The notes under the pieces: generated by a model
Seen by the model: only the letters and a program-made list of their open reading frames with translations
What the model was told of the DNA's origin: nothing
Database searches by the model: none
Shown: positions 35,901-50,900 of the stretch, in pieces
Layout of the letters: every line of letters begins with the position of its first letter
Position numbering within the stretch: position 1 is the first letter of the stretch
Translations under genes and position numbers: made by a program
Origin: a virus
Strand: one strand, 5' to 3'
Length of the DNA: 64,000 nucleotides
Virus record (IMG/VR): IMGVR_UViG_3300043410_001007
Span: 1-64,000 of that record

Positions 35901-38900
35901 TCCAGCAACTACACCAAAGATTGTTACTGACTACACATTCATAGAGCCAACTCAATTCATTGTTGGTCATGATGGTAGCATGACTAAGATGTATGGTCAG
36001 ATAGTCAATGGTCGTATGAATGACTTCCGTGACGTAGTGTTATTCGAATTCGAAAAGCGTGTATTCAACAACTTGAAAGTAAGTGGCGAACTACCACTCA
36101 CACAGGACGACCTCATGCCTGGTCAGTGGCGCACTACTAAGTTTACATGGGAAGACATATTAGGTACTTACAGTGAGAACTTCTTAGATTGGGCGGGTAA
36201 GAACCGTGTAAACTACCGCCGTCAGTTCTACAACAAACTAGACAATCGCACATTCAATTACAATAAGGCAACTAACCGCATCGATGGTACACTATTGAAG
36301 CAGGGTGGCTGGCGCGGCATTTATCGTTGGTTCTACGACACTACTAATCCTTCACAAGCACCGTGGGAAATGTTGGGTATTACCGATAAACCCCTATGGT
36401 GGGATGAACGTTATGGTCTAGCGCCATACACTAGTGGTAATACACTAATGTGGGAAGAAATCTCTCGCGGTATTGTATGGAATCACGGCAACCCATTCGT
36501 AGTCAGTACAAAAATCAGACCAGATTTACTAAAGGTATTACCTGTTGATAGTGAAGGCAAGCAACTATTCCCGCAAGATACAGTTGTTGGTAACTATGAT
36601 ATCAATACGTTCAAGCGTGATTGGTTCGCAGGTGACGGTTCGCCAGCAGAAGAAGCATACCGTCGTAGTAGTACATGGGCATTCGACTTGATGAAGCTAC
36701 TATCTACATTCGAGCCAGTACGCTTCTACAACTACTTTGCCGACCGCGACAATTACAAATACAACAGTGATAACAGTCAGTTCTTATTCAAAGAACGCTA
36801 TCACCTAAGCCCATCTTTACTAGATATTTACGGTACAGATGGTACAACTGCTAAACATTCATACATGAACTGGGTTGTTGATTACAATAATCAATCAGGT
36901 AAAGATGGCGCGGCAGCCCTACATCAAACATTACAGAACTTAGATGTTCGTCTAACATATCGCTTAGCCGGCTTCAGTGATAAAGAATACCTAAAGTTCT
37001 TTACTGAGAACTCAACACCTAGTGCTACTAGTGCTAACTTATTGATTCCTGACGATAGCTTTGACCTTATTCTTTATGATAACGTAGCTGATGTTCGCAT
37101 TGAATACAGTTCAGTAATCATTCAAAAGAACTCACTAGGTTACACAGTGTGGGGCAACTCAATGAATGCGCCACACTTCAAAACAGTTACTCCGTTACCT
37201 GGTCCAACTCAAACAATCTCAGTAGATGCGTCTAGTGTAGAAGTAACTACTGAATTTGATAGCACACGTACTGTTGCTGTAGCATACGGCACTCAGTACT
37301 ACACTGAAACTGGCGTAAGTGAGTTCCTAATGAACTACGGACGCTACTTAGAAACTACCGGTGTAACATTCGAGCAAGTAAAGAGCGGCAAGAAGTTAGA
37401 CTGGAAATACAGCATCGAGCAGTTCTTGTACTGGGCTCAACAAAGTTGGGAAGACGGTAGTACCATCAACCTAAACCCAGCGGCTACAAAATTCACTGCT
37501 TACAAAGAAGGCTTAGTTGTTCAACCACTAACCCTACGTCAAAGTAACTTTGTTCTAAATCAAAACTTGTTACCAGTAGATGCGGCCGATCTAGCAGTAT
37601 CTCGTTACAATCAATCATTCGGCGTAACTGTATTGAGTGAGGGTGATACTATCGCCTACACTAATCTAAACATGAGTGCCGTTGAACACGCCATTATCTT
37701 CAATAATGAAACCTTATTCGGTGACGTTATCTACAATAACGAAACAGGCAACAGACAGTCACGTGTTATTCTACAAGGCAGAATAACAGCAAACTGGACC
37801 GGCGGTGTAACTGCTGAGGGCTTTATTCTAAACGAAGGTGACATCGAAGAGTGGAACACCAACTCTAAGTATCCTAAGGGACAAATTGTTACCTACAAAA
37901 ACTTGTACTGGGTAGCACAGTCACTAATCGAAGCAAGCAATGAATTCGACTACACCCTATGGAAACAAAGTTCATACGATCAAATCAAAGTAGGATTGTT
38001 ACCTAACCCAACTACGTTAGCATACGATAGTGTAACACTCTACGACATCAACATGGCTAATTTAGACAGTGAAGCTGACTTACTAGCATTCGGTCTAATC
38101 GGCTATCGTCCACGCACATACATGAGTGAAACACAACTAAGTGATATCACACAAGTAAACATCTATCGTGGCATGATCCCAATGAAGGGAACTAACAAAG
38201 TTGCTGACGCACTAATCGGCGCAACGACTGCGCAGGGAACACTTGACTACTCTATTAGAGAAAACTGGGCTATCAAGCGAGGTGAGTTTGGTAGCGTACT
38301 AAACACTAACTACGCAGAAGTGTTGTTAGACGGCGGTCTACTAACTGCTAACCCATCAATCATTGGATTCAGTGACGGTACAGTAGCTGTTGATGGCGCA
38401 CATCAAACTATTACTGTAAACCCATACAACCTAAAGGGCACAACAAACTACGTCAACGATCTAATCAACTACGGTCGTGCTCCTAAAGATAACGAATTCC
38501 TACCACTATCAGGTGTAACTACTAGTCAACAACGTGGTTTACCAACTGCTGGTTACGTAAACATCGATGACGTAAAGTATGTTGCTTACACACTTGATGA
38601 TCTAAACTTGAATTCTGACGCAATCGATAACTTGTATCGTGATGATGTAGTATGGATAGCAAATCATCGCGGCGAGTGGGATGTATTTACTCCAGTAAGT
38701 CAGGAAATAAACTTACTAACAGTAACTAACAACTTCGATGGCACTGCTACTCTCAAATTTAGCAAGCCACATACCTTAGTTGAGTATGACGCATTCTATG
38801 TTATCGAGTTTGATAGTACTATCAACGGCTACTACATGGTCGACAGTATTCCAGCGGCCGATCAAGTAACAGTTAGTAAATCACTAGCTAAATCAATCAT

Positions 38901-41900
38901 TACTCTAACAGGTACCGGTGTTGTATTCAAACTAGTAAGTAAGCGTGTTACTCACAGTAGTGAACTATCAAGTTACAAAGAAATTGTAAAATACGGTCAA
39001 TATTCAACTCATCGCAATTGGGTTGATACTAGTACAAGTGGTGAATGGCAAGTGCTTGCTAACGGCCCAGTGTACTTGGAATCTAATTTAGATGATAAGT
39101 CTACTGGTATCACTAACTATGGTCTGACAGTAGCTTACTCAAGTAAGATCGGTCAGTTAGTAGCAGACGGTGCTGGCAACCTGTACCTAAATAATGTACT
39201 ACTCGCTAATAGAAAAGCTGGTATTGGCGCAGACACAAAACTAATTGTTGACGGTTATCATGCTTACTGTAGTAGCCCAACAGAGGGTCTTATCTACGTC
39301 TATGACTTCTCTGGTAGTACGCTATCTGCCAAATCAATTGTTGCTGGTAACAAGTACACAATCAGTACACTAGGTACTACCAACTATGTTGCTCTAGGCG
39401 CAACACCACGTTGGACTAATGTACAAGCATACTTCACACCTGAACAAACTGCTACCGCTCCACTAATGATTGTTACTAATGCTAACGGTCATACAATCGA
39501 GGCTGGTACATACTTGAGTGGTAATAACATCACTCCTGGTACGTACATTACCGTACAGACGCACCGCCTAATCACAACTACTCCTACATCAATCGAAGTG
39601 AGTGGTAAAGGCAAGCAAAATCAACAGAGTGTTGGTTTGACTAACGTAACTGGTATTCGTGTTGGTGACTGGGTCGTAAACGATGACCTACCACTAGGCA
39701 CCTACGTACAGAGTATCAACACATACGATAAAGTTATTGTTGTTACCTCTCGTTTCACAAAGAATGTAGCGGTCGGTACACCATTCACATTCTATCGTCC
39801 AATCAGTGCTAATGTCGAAACTAGCACATTCATAGAGCCGCTACACGCTCGTGGTATCTATCGTGTAAGTGAAGCTACACCGGTAGCAGGACTGACTAAC
39901 GTAAACGGCGATCAAACATCAATTCAGGTTGTTGGTCAGCCAGCAGAGAAGACATCATTCTTAGCTACTGTTTCTGGCGGCACAAACACCGGTACAGGTA
40001 CAGTTACACAAGAGTACACTACAATCGATACTAAAGTGGATCTCACTGACCCACGTTTACAAGATGATCTCAGCGCAGTCACGCTATTCGACGGCTTCCT
40101 ACCTAACGACTTTGCTATTAGTCAAGACAATCAGTGGTTGTACGTAAGTAATAAAAATACTAACGAAGTAAAAGTATTCATCAATGAAGTGGGCAAGTTC
40201 AAGCCAGTAAGCAAATACAAAGCAGAGAATTCATTCACTAACGGCGCAATCACCGCGGGATGGGGCACTACTATCGACACCCCTCGTGATGGTAGTAAAC
40301 TAATTGTCGGCGCACCAGAAGAAACAGTAGACGGTTCAGATAACGCAGGCGCAACATACATCTATGCTCGACTAACTGAGAACTTCTTACAAAGCGACCG
40401 CGCCCTAAAAATTGTACCATATCAAACATACTCAATCGAAGATATGGGTGATGTAGACGCTACTAGTCTAGAGGGCTGGTTCGATCTAGGTGCCGGTGTA
40501 CAGTTCAGAGCACGTATTACTAAAGACGATGGCTACATTGATAACACAGCTTGGAAATCAGGCACTATCATGACTGTCGGTGATGCTACATATGGCATCA
40601 AAGATACAACTGGTGCTAGTAGCATCATACGCATCGGTTCATACTTGAGTGGTTACGATCCCGCACATAGCGTTGGCGATACACAAGATCGTATCGTTGC
40701 TGGTACTACCGTTGTTGGCCAGTTCGACTCATATGAAACAGATACACTAACAGCGTTCTGCGACGGAGCTAATGGTTCAAGTGAAATAACATTCGCTGCC
40801 AGAAGCACACCGGCCGCGGTCAGTGTAGGGCAAATAGTTTGCGTAACAACACGTAATAGTACAACACCATTCGCAATCAACCATGTTAGTAAGGCTGACT
40901 ATGAAGATAGTACTAAGAACAGTGAAGTTTCTAAAATTCAACCAGATACATATGTTGCTTACATCAAAAACAACGTAGACTATCACACAGTGTCACTATT
41001 CGATGGTACTAGTCACTCTACAGGAAGTCTAACAAAAGGCAGTGACGGTAAGATTTACAAGGCTAAGAATACCACCACTATGGACCCTGTTACTGATACT
41101 ACGTTTGTAAACTGGTCACAAGTAAAAGTTACTGTTGGTTTGACAAGAAAACTAACAGGTCAACTAGCATCAGCAAACAATGAAGTATCATTCCGTGCGG
41201 CTGGTCGTACTGGTCGCTACATAGTCAGTGAGGCGCATAACTTTAGTGGTGCTCAGGTGAATCACATAGCAGGTTCAGTAGTCACTGCTATCTCTAAAGA
41301 CGTACCGTTTGTTGCTCGTGGCTATGGCTCAATCGTAAAACGCATTAACGGTGTACTATCATCAGTAGACAAAACAGGAACAGTATCACTACGCAAAGAC
41401 TTTATCATCAATGATGTAGTTCCTAACAATAAAGTTATTGTCTACATCGATAACAAGCTAGTACCACTGTACACAATCGGTTATCGTAACGGTCGTAATT
41501 ATCGCAGTTACAACTACAAGATAACAGTCAATACCCTACTCAATCAAACTAAAGTTAGTTTTACTAAAACACCACCTATCGGTAGTGTAGTTGTTATTGA
41601 CTTTGGTAAACTAATCTTACAGCAACGAACTCAAAGTGCGGCGCCACGTGTTGGCGCACAATACGGTCACAGCGTTGCTACTAACAATTGGGGCGCAGAA
41701 GTATTCACAGGCGCACCATATGAAATCTCAGACATCAACAGCAAACATAACATCGAGGGTGCTGTCTATCGCTGGACTAACGTAGGTCAACGATACAACA
41801 ATATTGTTGGTGATCTAAAGAATTTAGTACCAAACAACGCTGGTACATACGATGTTGATGCTAACATTTACATCGACGGCTTCTTAGTGAACATCAAGTT

Positions 41901-44900
41901 TACTGGTGAAGCATCTAAAGCATCAGTAGCCGAACGTATTGCTAAAATCATTGATACTACTGAACCTACTAACGTAATTGCTAGTTCTAATGGCACAACA
42001 TTTACTATCTACAACGGTATCCCAGGCACAACTAATGACCAGGTAGACATCACCGGTGACTTAGACAAGATTGGTATTACCCCTTACATCAAGACGCAGA
42101 CTATCGTTGATACAATCAACTACAGTACTACGGCCGCATTCGGCTACACCATCGCAGTCAACAAAGAACTCAATAGTACACGTGATGCGCTAATCGTATC
42201 TGCTCCCTACACTAACGTATTAGCAGAAACAACATTCGACTTCATTGACGACCTGCGTGATGACGATACAATTTATGATAACGGTGGCACTACATTCGTT
42301 GATAGATTTACTTCTATCGGTGGCGTTTATGAGTATGACTACTTAGCAAGCGACACTGAGACGCCTACTAATCCAGGTATCTACACATTCGGTCAATACG
42401 TCAATCACGTACCGTCCGAAACTGCCGCACTAAGAGCTAATACACCTCGTTACGGTCAATCACTCAATTTCAATGATGGTACTATCACTGTTGGTAGCCC
42501 ACTATGGTATCGTGACGGTACTGGCCGTGTATCTCAGTTCACTACTACAACATATGAGAGTTGCTGGTATGTAGACAAAGCACCTCTACCTAAAGTAGAT
42601 GTAAATAAACTAGTAACAGTTGCTATCTATGATACCAACGATGGCACTGCCCTATCTAGCCTGGACTACATTGATCCAGCACAAGGTAAACATCTAGCGG
42701 CAGTCAACACAAACTTAGACTTTATCGGCGCTACTGACCCTGCTAGTTACACCACTGGTATTATCTGGAACAAAAAGCAAGTTGGTAAGACTTGGATGGA
42801 CACTACCAACTTCCGCTTGATGAACTACAATCAGCCTGATCTACAGTACAACGCACGTTACTTCGGTCAAACATTCCCAGGCAGTACAGCAGATATCTAC
42901 ACATGGATAGAGAGTGATGTTGAGCCTATGGATTACCAAGGCAGTGGTTATGTAGTCAGTATGGACGCTTACACTGCTGGTGTAGTATTCGACCGTCAAA
43001 GCAACACAACACAGACCAAGTACTACTACTGGGTCAAGAACTATGGCGATATTCCACACGGTAAGACCTTAGCACCGACTACTATCGCTAGTTATGTATT
43101 AGACCCACTAAACAGCGGCATTCAATTCCTAGGCGCACTAAGCACAAACTCAATCGCACTATTCAATGCTAGAGAAAGTATCACTGAGAACACTAGTGCT
43201 CTACACGTAGGCTACAGTGAAAGTGATAATGATGACGTTGGTCACCAAGACTGGTTACTCATACAAACTAATAACAAAGACAGCTTCTTGCCTGGCGTAC
43301 CACTATCAATCGCTGATGCTCCAAGTGGGTTGTATCTAAAGTATCTAACCAGCTTCATGGGTCACGAAATTGATACAGAAACTCAACTAGTCAGAAAAGC
43401 CCTAACTGTGCCTGATGAAAACTTGAGTATTCTAACAAGATATGGTGTATCATTCCGCCCACGTCAAACAATGTTCTTGGATCGTGAACTTGCTCTAAAG
43501 AATTACATTGATTATGCTAATCAAGTATTAGCTAGTGAACCTATCACAGAAACACGCGGCACATTCTTACTAAACAAGAGTGGCAGTGATTATGATACTG
43601 CTGACTTCTGGACAGTAACTGACTGGTGGGCTACCGGTTATTCTAGTAGCACAAAGCCATCACTAGAAGTTGATACTTACAATACTCTGTTGACTATCGG
43701 CAGTGTTGATCCTGTAAACGCTGATAGTACCGGTATTGTCACAACACTAAGCGACGGTTTAGTAGCACGTGTAAAGAAGAACGGTCAAGGCCTGTATGAA
43801 ACTTATCGATACACCTCTAGCGCTGGTTGGTCACGTATCAACTTAGAGAACGGTACTATCGCAATCAAAGATACAATCTACACACAAACGTCACCGATTC
43901 CATCGCAAGAAATCTATTGGATTATTCGTTGGCTAACTGAGCAGGTGTTCGTAGATGACTTATCAATCGAGAACAACAACTCATTGATTATGATGTTCAA
44001 CTTTATTCAAAGTGATAGTCCACAGGGACAAAACTATCTACCTTGGTTGAACAAGACAAGTCTAGTAGATATTCAACATACCATTCGACAACTACTACCG
44101 TACAAGAAGTTCCAGATTCAATCTAGTACTCTAATCAACGGCTACATCAATGAAGTCAAACCATTCCACGTTTATGTAAAAGAGTTCTCATACAAGTACA
44201 CTGCTACAGAGACATTCGAAGGCGACATCACTGATTTCGACTTGCCAGCTAAATTCCGCTCTAGTAGTGCGACTTATGTTACGCCACGCCTAATACAGAA
44301 ACAGTCAGAATCTCTTGGCGAATACACATCTACTGATGGTATCTGGAGTGAGAGTGAATACGCAAACTGGTTCAAGTATCATGGTCTATCATACACTAAC
44401 GATGGCGTTGGTGTAGAGGAATCAACTGTTGTTCCGGTTACACAAGTAATAGTAGATATTACAAGTAGCGCGGCTAGTATCTACGTAGAATCTGTTGCGG
44501 GTCTACCAGTAAGCGGTACAGTAAAAATCAATGGTGAAGAAATCTGGTACGAATCAGTAAATAGATCAACCAACTCAATCACTGGTCTAGTAAGAACAAC
44601 TGGTAGTACTCACGCAAGTGGTTCAATAGTATCTCTCATTACTAAACCGGTAATGGTAATGGAAACAGGACGAGGCTATCTAGCTGCACCAATAGTTACT
44701 GCTTGGTATGATACAACTGACTTCCCGTACGGTCCAACAGTTACTGCTACGTTTATGACTACAATGAAGAACGGCGGTCTAACTGTAGTTGATGTAGTAG
44801 AAGAAGGTCGTGGATATCCAACTACACCAGAACTACGTGTTAGTATGAGTAGCATCGTTAGTACATTTACTAGCGGTCAAGTAGATACACAAGTCAATCA

Positions 44901-47900
44901 GTTCAGCGTCGGTGGCCACCAGTTTGTAAACGGTGACAGTGTTGTGTTCGTAACTGACTCGACAGACAGCAATCTAGCACTACGCAACTATGGCAACTAC
45001 TATGTAGGCGCACTAGACGGCGAATCATTTGCGCTGTATGAAACTTATCGTGAGGCTATGGCTAGCTTTACAACTACTGAACCCATCGTTCGTGGCCGTG
45101 CCGCCGGTGATAACTATCACTTCTATCTATCTAGTCCATATGATTATTCTACGCCAATGTTTGTAACAGGCGACTTAGTAAAATTACGCACAAACGTAGC
45201 GGGCGGAACTATTACTGACCCTTCATACAATGATGCGTTCGAATATTACTATGCTCACGTAGATGAAAGCATCGATACAACCGGCGCTACACCTCACTAT
45301 GCTCTGTATGATTATGTAACATTCCATACATCTCACAGTGATGCTATGAGTGGCGCTCACCCTGTCGAATTTGCGCCAGTGGGCGACCCTAATGCTGTAA
45401 GAAGTAATGAGTTCTGTATCGCAAGTCGTACACAACGTGTTGATGATGGCAGAGTCACTATCGGTGCTAAGATTGATGGTACAGTTGGTATCGCGGCGAG
45501 ATTACAAGCGTATCACGGTAATCGTCAAACTCGTGGCATCAGAACCGCCATGAAGTTCGATAGAATTACATACAAGACATCAGTATTCAACTGGGAAAGT
45601 GGCGTCAATAGATTCCAAGAAATGGGCTGGGATGTAACAACCTGGAGCAAGGGCACTGCATACTCTAAGGGCGACCTAGTAGTGTACAACGGCCAACTTT
45701 ATCGTGCTTCACGTGATACAATCAAACGTTGGGAAGTATCTAGTGCTAGTCCTAATGAAACTATCTCTCTATGGACACCTGGTACTAAGTACGCTGTTGA
45801 TAAAAAAGTTCTGTACTCTACTATTATCTACAAGTGTACAGAAGCAACTACAGATAAACCTACCGACGGTGACTTAGAAGTCTTTAGTCTAGCAAACTTC
45901 ACTGAAGTCGCTAGTGATGATCCGCTCATTACTGCGGCCGATCGTATTGTTGGTTTCTACAGACCTACTAGCGACATGCCAGGTAGTACCTATGCTGACC
46001 TAAGTCAACTAATGACTGGCACAACTTATCCGTATCAAACGATTATTGATCCTGAGTTCACCTGGGGCGAGACATACGCATTCTTACCTCGTAACGTAGA
46101 TACAGAAGAGAACACAGTAACTCTAAACAATATCAAGCCACTACTAGCGAGTTACCAAGAAGTTGTCTATGGTACGTACACAACAACAGCAAACTCTATC
46201 ACTCAGTATCACATGGCATCTCAGTTCACGCCAGCAGTTACAGAAACTAACTTAGTTGGCAATTCACTGAGCGTAAGTGGCACACAGAACTTACACAAGG
46301 GCATGCCTATCCGATTTATCGGTGACATGATCCAAGTTTACACTAACACAATCGTAAACGGCACAATCGTTGAGAGTGTTGCTAACGCATTCTACAAAGA
46401 TACAACATACTTTATCGCCAATGTCGATGCTAGTAATAGTAGTATTCAAATTAGTTACAATCAGCAACTATCACAACTATCATCAATATCGACTACTGCG
46501 TCACGTGTTTACGCTAACGGCATGATTACCCTAGATACAGCAATTGGTAACTACACAGACGCTACCATCAAGTTCTCTGGTAGTTCATTCGGTAACGTAT
46601 CTGCTAACTTCTATTACATTGATAGTATCGATGGTACTGGTAAGAACGTAACTCTACGTACTGATGTATTCAGTAGTGGCGGGCAATTCGTTCCTCCTGT
46701 TAGTGCTAATATCGGTGCTAACGGTATCAGTGGTAATATGAAGGTCACTATTGACCCATACTTACCGCAGAAGAATGCAAGTGGTTACACCACTTTAGTT
46801 CTTGGACATCATGTTGGTATGATTGGTGTTGCTAATGCTAACGCTAATATTACTGTTACTGTTGATTCCACTGATGGACTGTATCTAAATGCTCCAGTAA
46901 AGTTCGGCGGCAATAGTATTGGTAACATCAGTAATAGCAGTGTTTACTTCATTAGTAATGTTGACGTTGCTAATAGCGCTATCAACATCGTTACTATTAT
47001 GGGTGATACGACAGCGGTACCTAACGTAGCAAACGCTACTGGTACAATGACCGTTCGTACTGGCTTCCCGATTACAACAGTTACTGGTATCTCTAGTGGT
47101 AACTACTATGTTGCTAATACTACAACACATATTGTAGGTTCAACTGGCAACATCACAGTAGGCACACTTGGTGCCAATGCTAAAGTTCAGTTTGCTAGTG
47201 GTAGTGTTTCTGGTGCTAATGTAAACAAGACTACATCATACTACATTACTAGCGCTAATACAACTACTAATCATATTACTATTACTGATAAGTTAGTGGG
47301 CGGCACTACCATCACACCATCAACTAGTACTCTTAGTAACAGTACTGGTCCACTCTATCTAGTATCAGACTACTACACCCAACCAGTTGAATCCAGTTAC
47401 ATCACTGGTGACTTGTTGAAGATGTACTACAAAGACCCAGCAGATGAAACTATCGGTTTCTACTTTACAAACAGAGAAGCGAATAACGTAATCTCCTTGT
47501 ATGCTTCGTCTGATGACGCGGAAGCAAAGACTAATAGTATTGCTATCCACGACGGAGCATATGGCTACCTGGTCAAGCCACAAACAGTTGTATCGGCCGT
47601 TGGTCCACTAAAGTACATGATAGGCGACATCGTGCCAATGACCTTCGAATTGTCTAGTCCAACTCTAGGCTTTGGTCTAACACCTAACAAGACATATTGG
47701 GCTCGCTTCATCTCTGTAACAACAGTTCGTCTGTATCGCACACGTACTGACGCACAGAACGAGTACAATCACCTACCACTACTAAAACAAATCGGTGGAC
47801 AGATGGTCATCGGCTCACCAATTATCGTTGATGTAGTACAAGCAGATGGTAGTACTAAGATAGAAACAGTAGGTTACAATGAGTACGACAGTATCATCGT

Positions 47901-50900
47901 TAGCGACAATAACGTAACTCCTGACTACAATGTAGCAGGCAAAGAGTTCACATGGGGCTTCGGTCCAGAAGAACTAATGGCGGGTGTAGTTAGTGATGGT
48001 GTGAACATCACTGTAACTACTCGTGCTGGTAGTACCTGGGACCCACTAGCAACAATCAACGGCACAGTAAACGCACGTGCCATCAGCGACAAGTTCGGTC
48101 ATACTGGCTTCAACATGGTCCGCTTTGATGCTTCTGCTAACGGCACTAAAGTAGACTGGTACTTAGATGCCGGCGACTTAGATAGTAATGGTCACGCAAA
48201 AATCAAATCTAGTGGTTTTGTTGGCGCAACTACATTCGTTGAGAGTACATTCACTAACCCAGTAACAACACCATCTGGTGTGAAATTCGCATCAGCAGTG
48301 TACTTTGGTGATCGTGTGAAGAACCCCGTTACAGTTGAAGTTTATGCTAAAACAACTACTTATGGTCAAGTAAAACTAGTTGAGGGTACAGATTACATCC
48401 TAGACATGGCTAATAAAGTCATTCATAGTGTATCAAATACATACGTATCGATATCACTAGAGTTAGTGGTGTATGAGTTCGGTAACAGTAGTCACTTACT
48501 ACGTAGCACAAGTGACATTTATGGCTTACAAACTGTCGGCGATCATAGTGAGATGATGCTAGATGTTCCGTTTGCGCTAGTTGATCTTCCTACTATTGAA
48601 AACTACTGGCTGGGCGCATCAGTATTCGTCAATGGCGTAAAGTTAGAGTACTATGATGGTGTTCGTCCGCTATTCAATTACAATGCTCCAATGTTTAGTG
48701 TGATTCCACAGCGCCCATTCGATCCAAAGAATGACCCATACAACCCAGCCAAGATTGTATTCAATACGCTGTACACTTCCTCAGATTTTGCGTCATTCGT
48801 GTTAACCACTAACGTAATCGGCTACTATCGTGTAGAGAATGCTAGTGATACATACAAGGCCCCAATCACTGATGAAACTGCTTACTCCCGTGGCAAGATT
48901 GGTGTTTATGTAAACGGCGTACTCACCACACAAGATAGTGATTACAAGGTATCCATGATTACAAAAGGCAGTAAATCGGCGCTAGTAACAATCACATTTA
49001 CTAGTGGTGTAGTAGCGGTGGGCGACAACGTAAAGATTACTTACGAGAACGGTGGCGCTAGTGCTCCTATGATGGAAATGTTAGGCACACCAACGCCAAC
49101 TACCGGTGCTGTACAGTATGATCTAACTGGCTTCCTGGGCGATAATAACTATGCGCCGTTCAGTGACTTACGTGTCCTATTCGATAACGCGGCATCTACT
49201 CAACCCAACACATTTGTTACACGTTGTGGTGTTGATTTAGCAGACGGTATGTCTGTGGTAGTTGTCGGTGACGATACTAACAAAATCATTCCTGGTTTCC
49301 CATCATCACATGCCGCAGACATTGTGACTAAGACATATTATCTACGTGATGTAGTCTATCACAGCGACAACTTATGGCAAGATACATTCGGTACTTACAC
49401 ATTCAGATTAGCAACTATCCCAGATGGTCAGCCAATCGTATTGAGTAGTGGTACAGATGGTACGGGTCAACCGCGCCACCTAACATTTGTAGTCAACAAC
49501 GATAACTTGATTGTTGAGATTGACGGCACACGTATCAATGGTATCGCTCCTAATACTCTCAAGTACGGCGGTATTGCTACCCCAATCAACAACACAGTAA
49601 CACTAAGTTACCCAGCACCAGTCTACAGTCGTGCTACATTCTCATCAAGTTATTTGATTGTGAACATCAACGGCGTGCCTTACTCTGCCGCAAATAATTT
49701 CGATAATATCGATCCTGTCTCTGGTGCTAGTAGACACATTCAGTGGTACACTAACTACGATGCTAATAATAACCTGATGGCTGGCTCTGATGCGACATTC
49801 AATGTTGATGATACACTAGCAGACACTGGAGCATTCTTCGACGCTGGTGACCCATTCGATAATCAAAGCATTATTGACATTGTATTTGCTTACGACCTCA
49901 CAGGTAGTTCTGGTCTAATATCTACTGATATTATTACTGTTGAATACAACATAGTTGGTAACGCATGGGTATCAGGACAAACATACGAAGTGGGCGATAT
50001 CGTTACTTACAATGGTGTAATCTTCCGTTGCTACAGTGATGTTACTAGTGCTACTAATCCAGTAACAGATTACTCTCACTGGTCGACTATTTCTATGTCA
50101 CCACCTCCGGTGTATGTAGTAGAAGTAAATCAAGATACTGCTGGAACTACCGGCGTGAACGAAACTTCTATCGGTGGCACTCTAACGGTTTATGCGCCAT
50201 GGTTAGATAACACTCACAAAGTATCAGTGACATCATTTGGTAGAACTACTCAACAGTATCTCAAGACACAAATCTTGAGTGACATCACTGTCACGCAGGT
50301 AACTAACGTTATTGAAATCACAGGTCAACCAACAGTTGTCTACACTGGACCAACACTATCACTACCTGGCGCGGCCCATGGCATAAACATCGGCGACTTA
50401 GTAATGATCAATGGTACAGCAGTCAAAGATTTAGATGGCGGCAACTATTACGCTAAACCAATCGATCTATCAGGAACGCTAGGCTCAACCTACACAGAAG
50501 AATACACATTCCAGTTGTTCTCTGATAGTGGTCTTGTTACACCGATTGATTTAGCAAACCCAGGCGCATTCCAGCCGATAACTACTGGTAAAGAAAGTTA
50601 TGTACAGTTGTTACAAACTGCGACCAATACTGCTTCCATAGCAGTCAACCCAGCGGTCATCAATCAGTCTCAATTCAATTTAGTTGATAAGCAACGCTTA
50701 TTCGTTTCGTTCACTAAGGACAGTACAGTCAAAGGTTCAACAGGCCGCTATTACGTACAAACTAGTAAGTTCGATATTGCTACATTAGACTATGTAGATG
50801 AAGAGGGAACATCACAAACAGTGTACACTCTCATCTTGTTACAACCAGTAGTGCCTGGCAATCTGATTACTATCACGAGTATGGTACCAACAGCGTCTCC

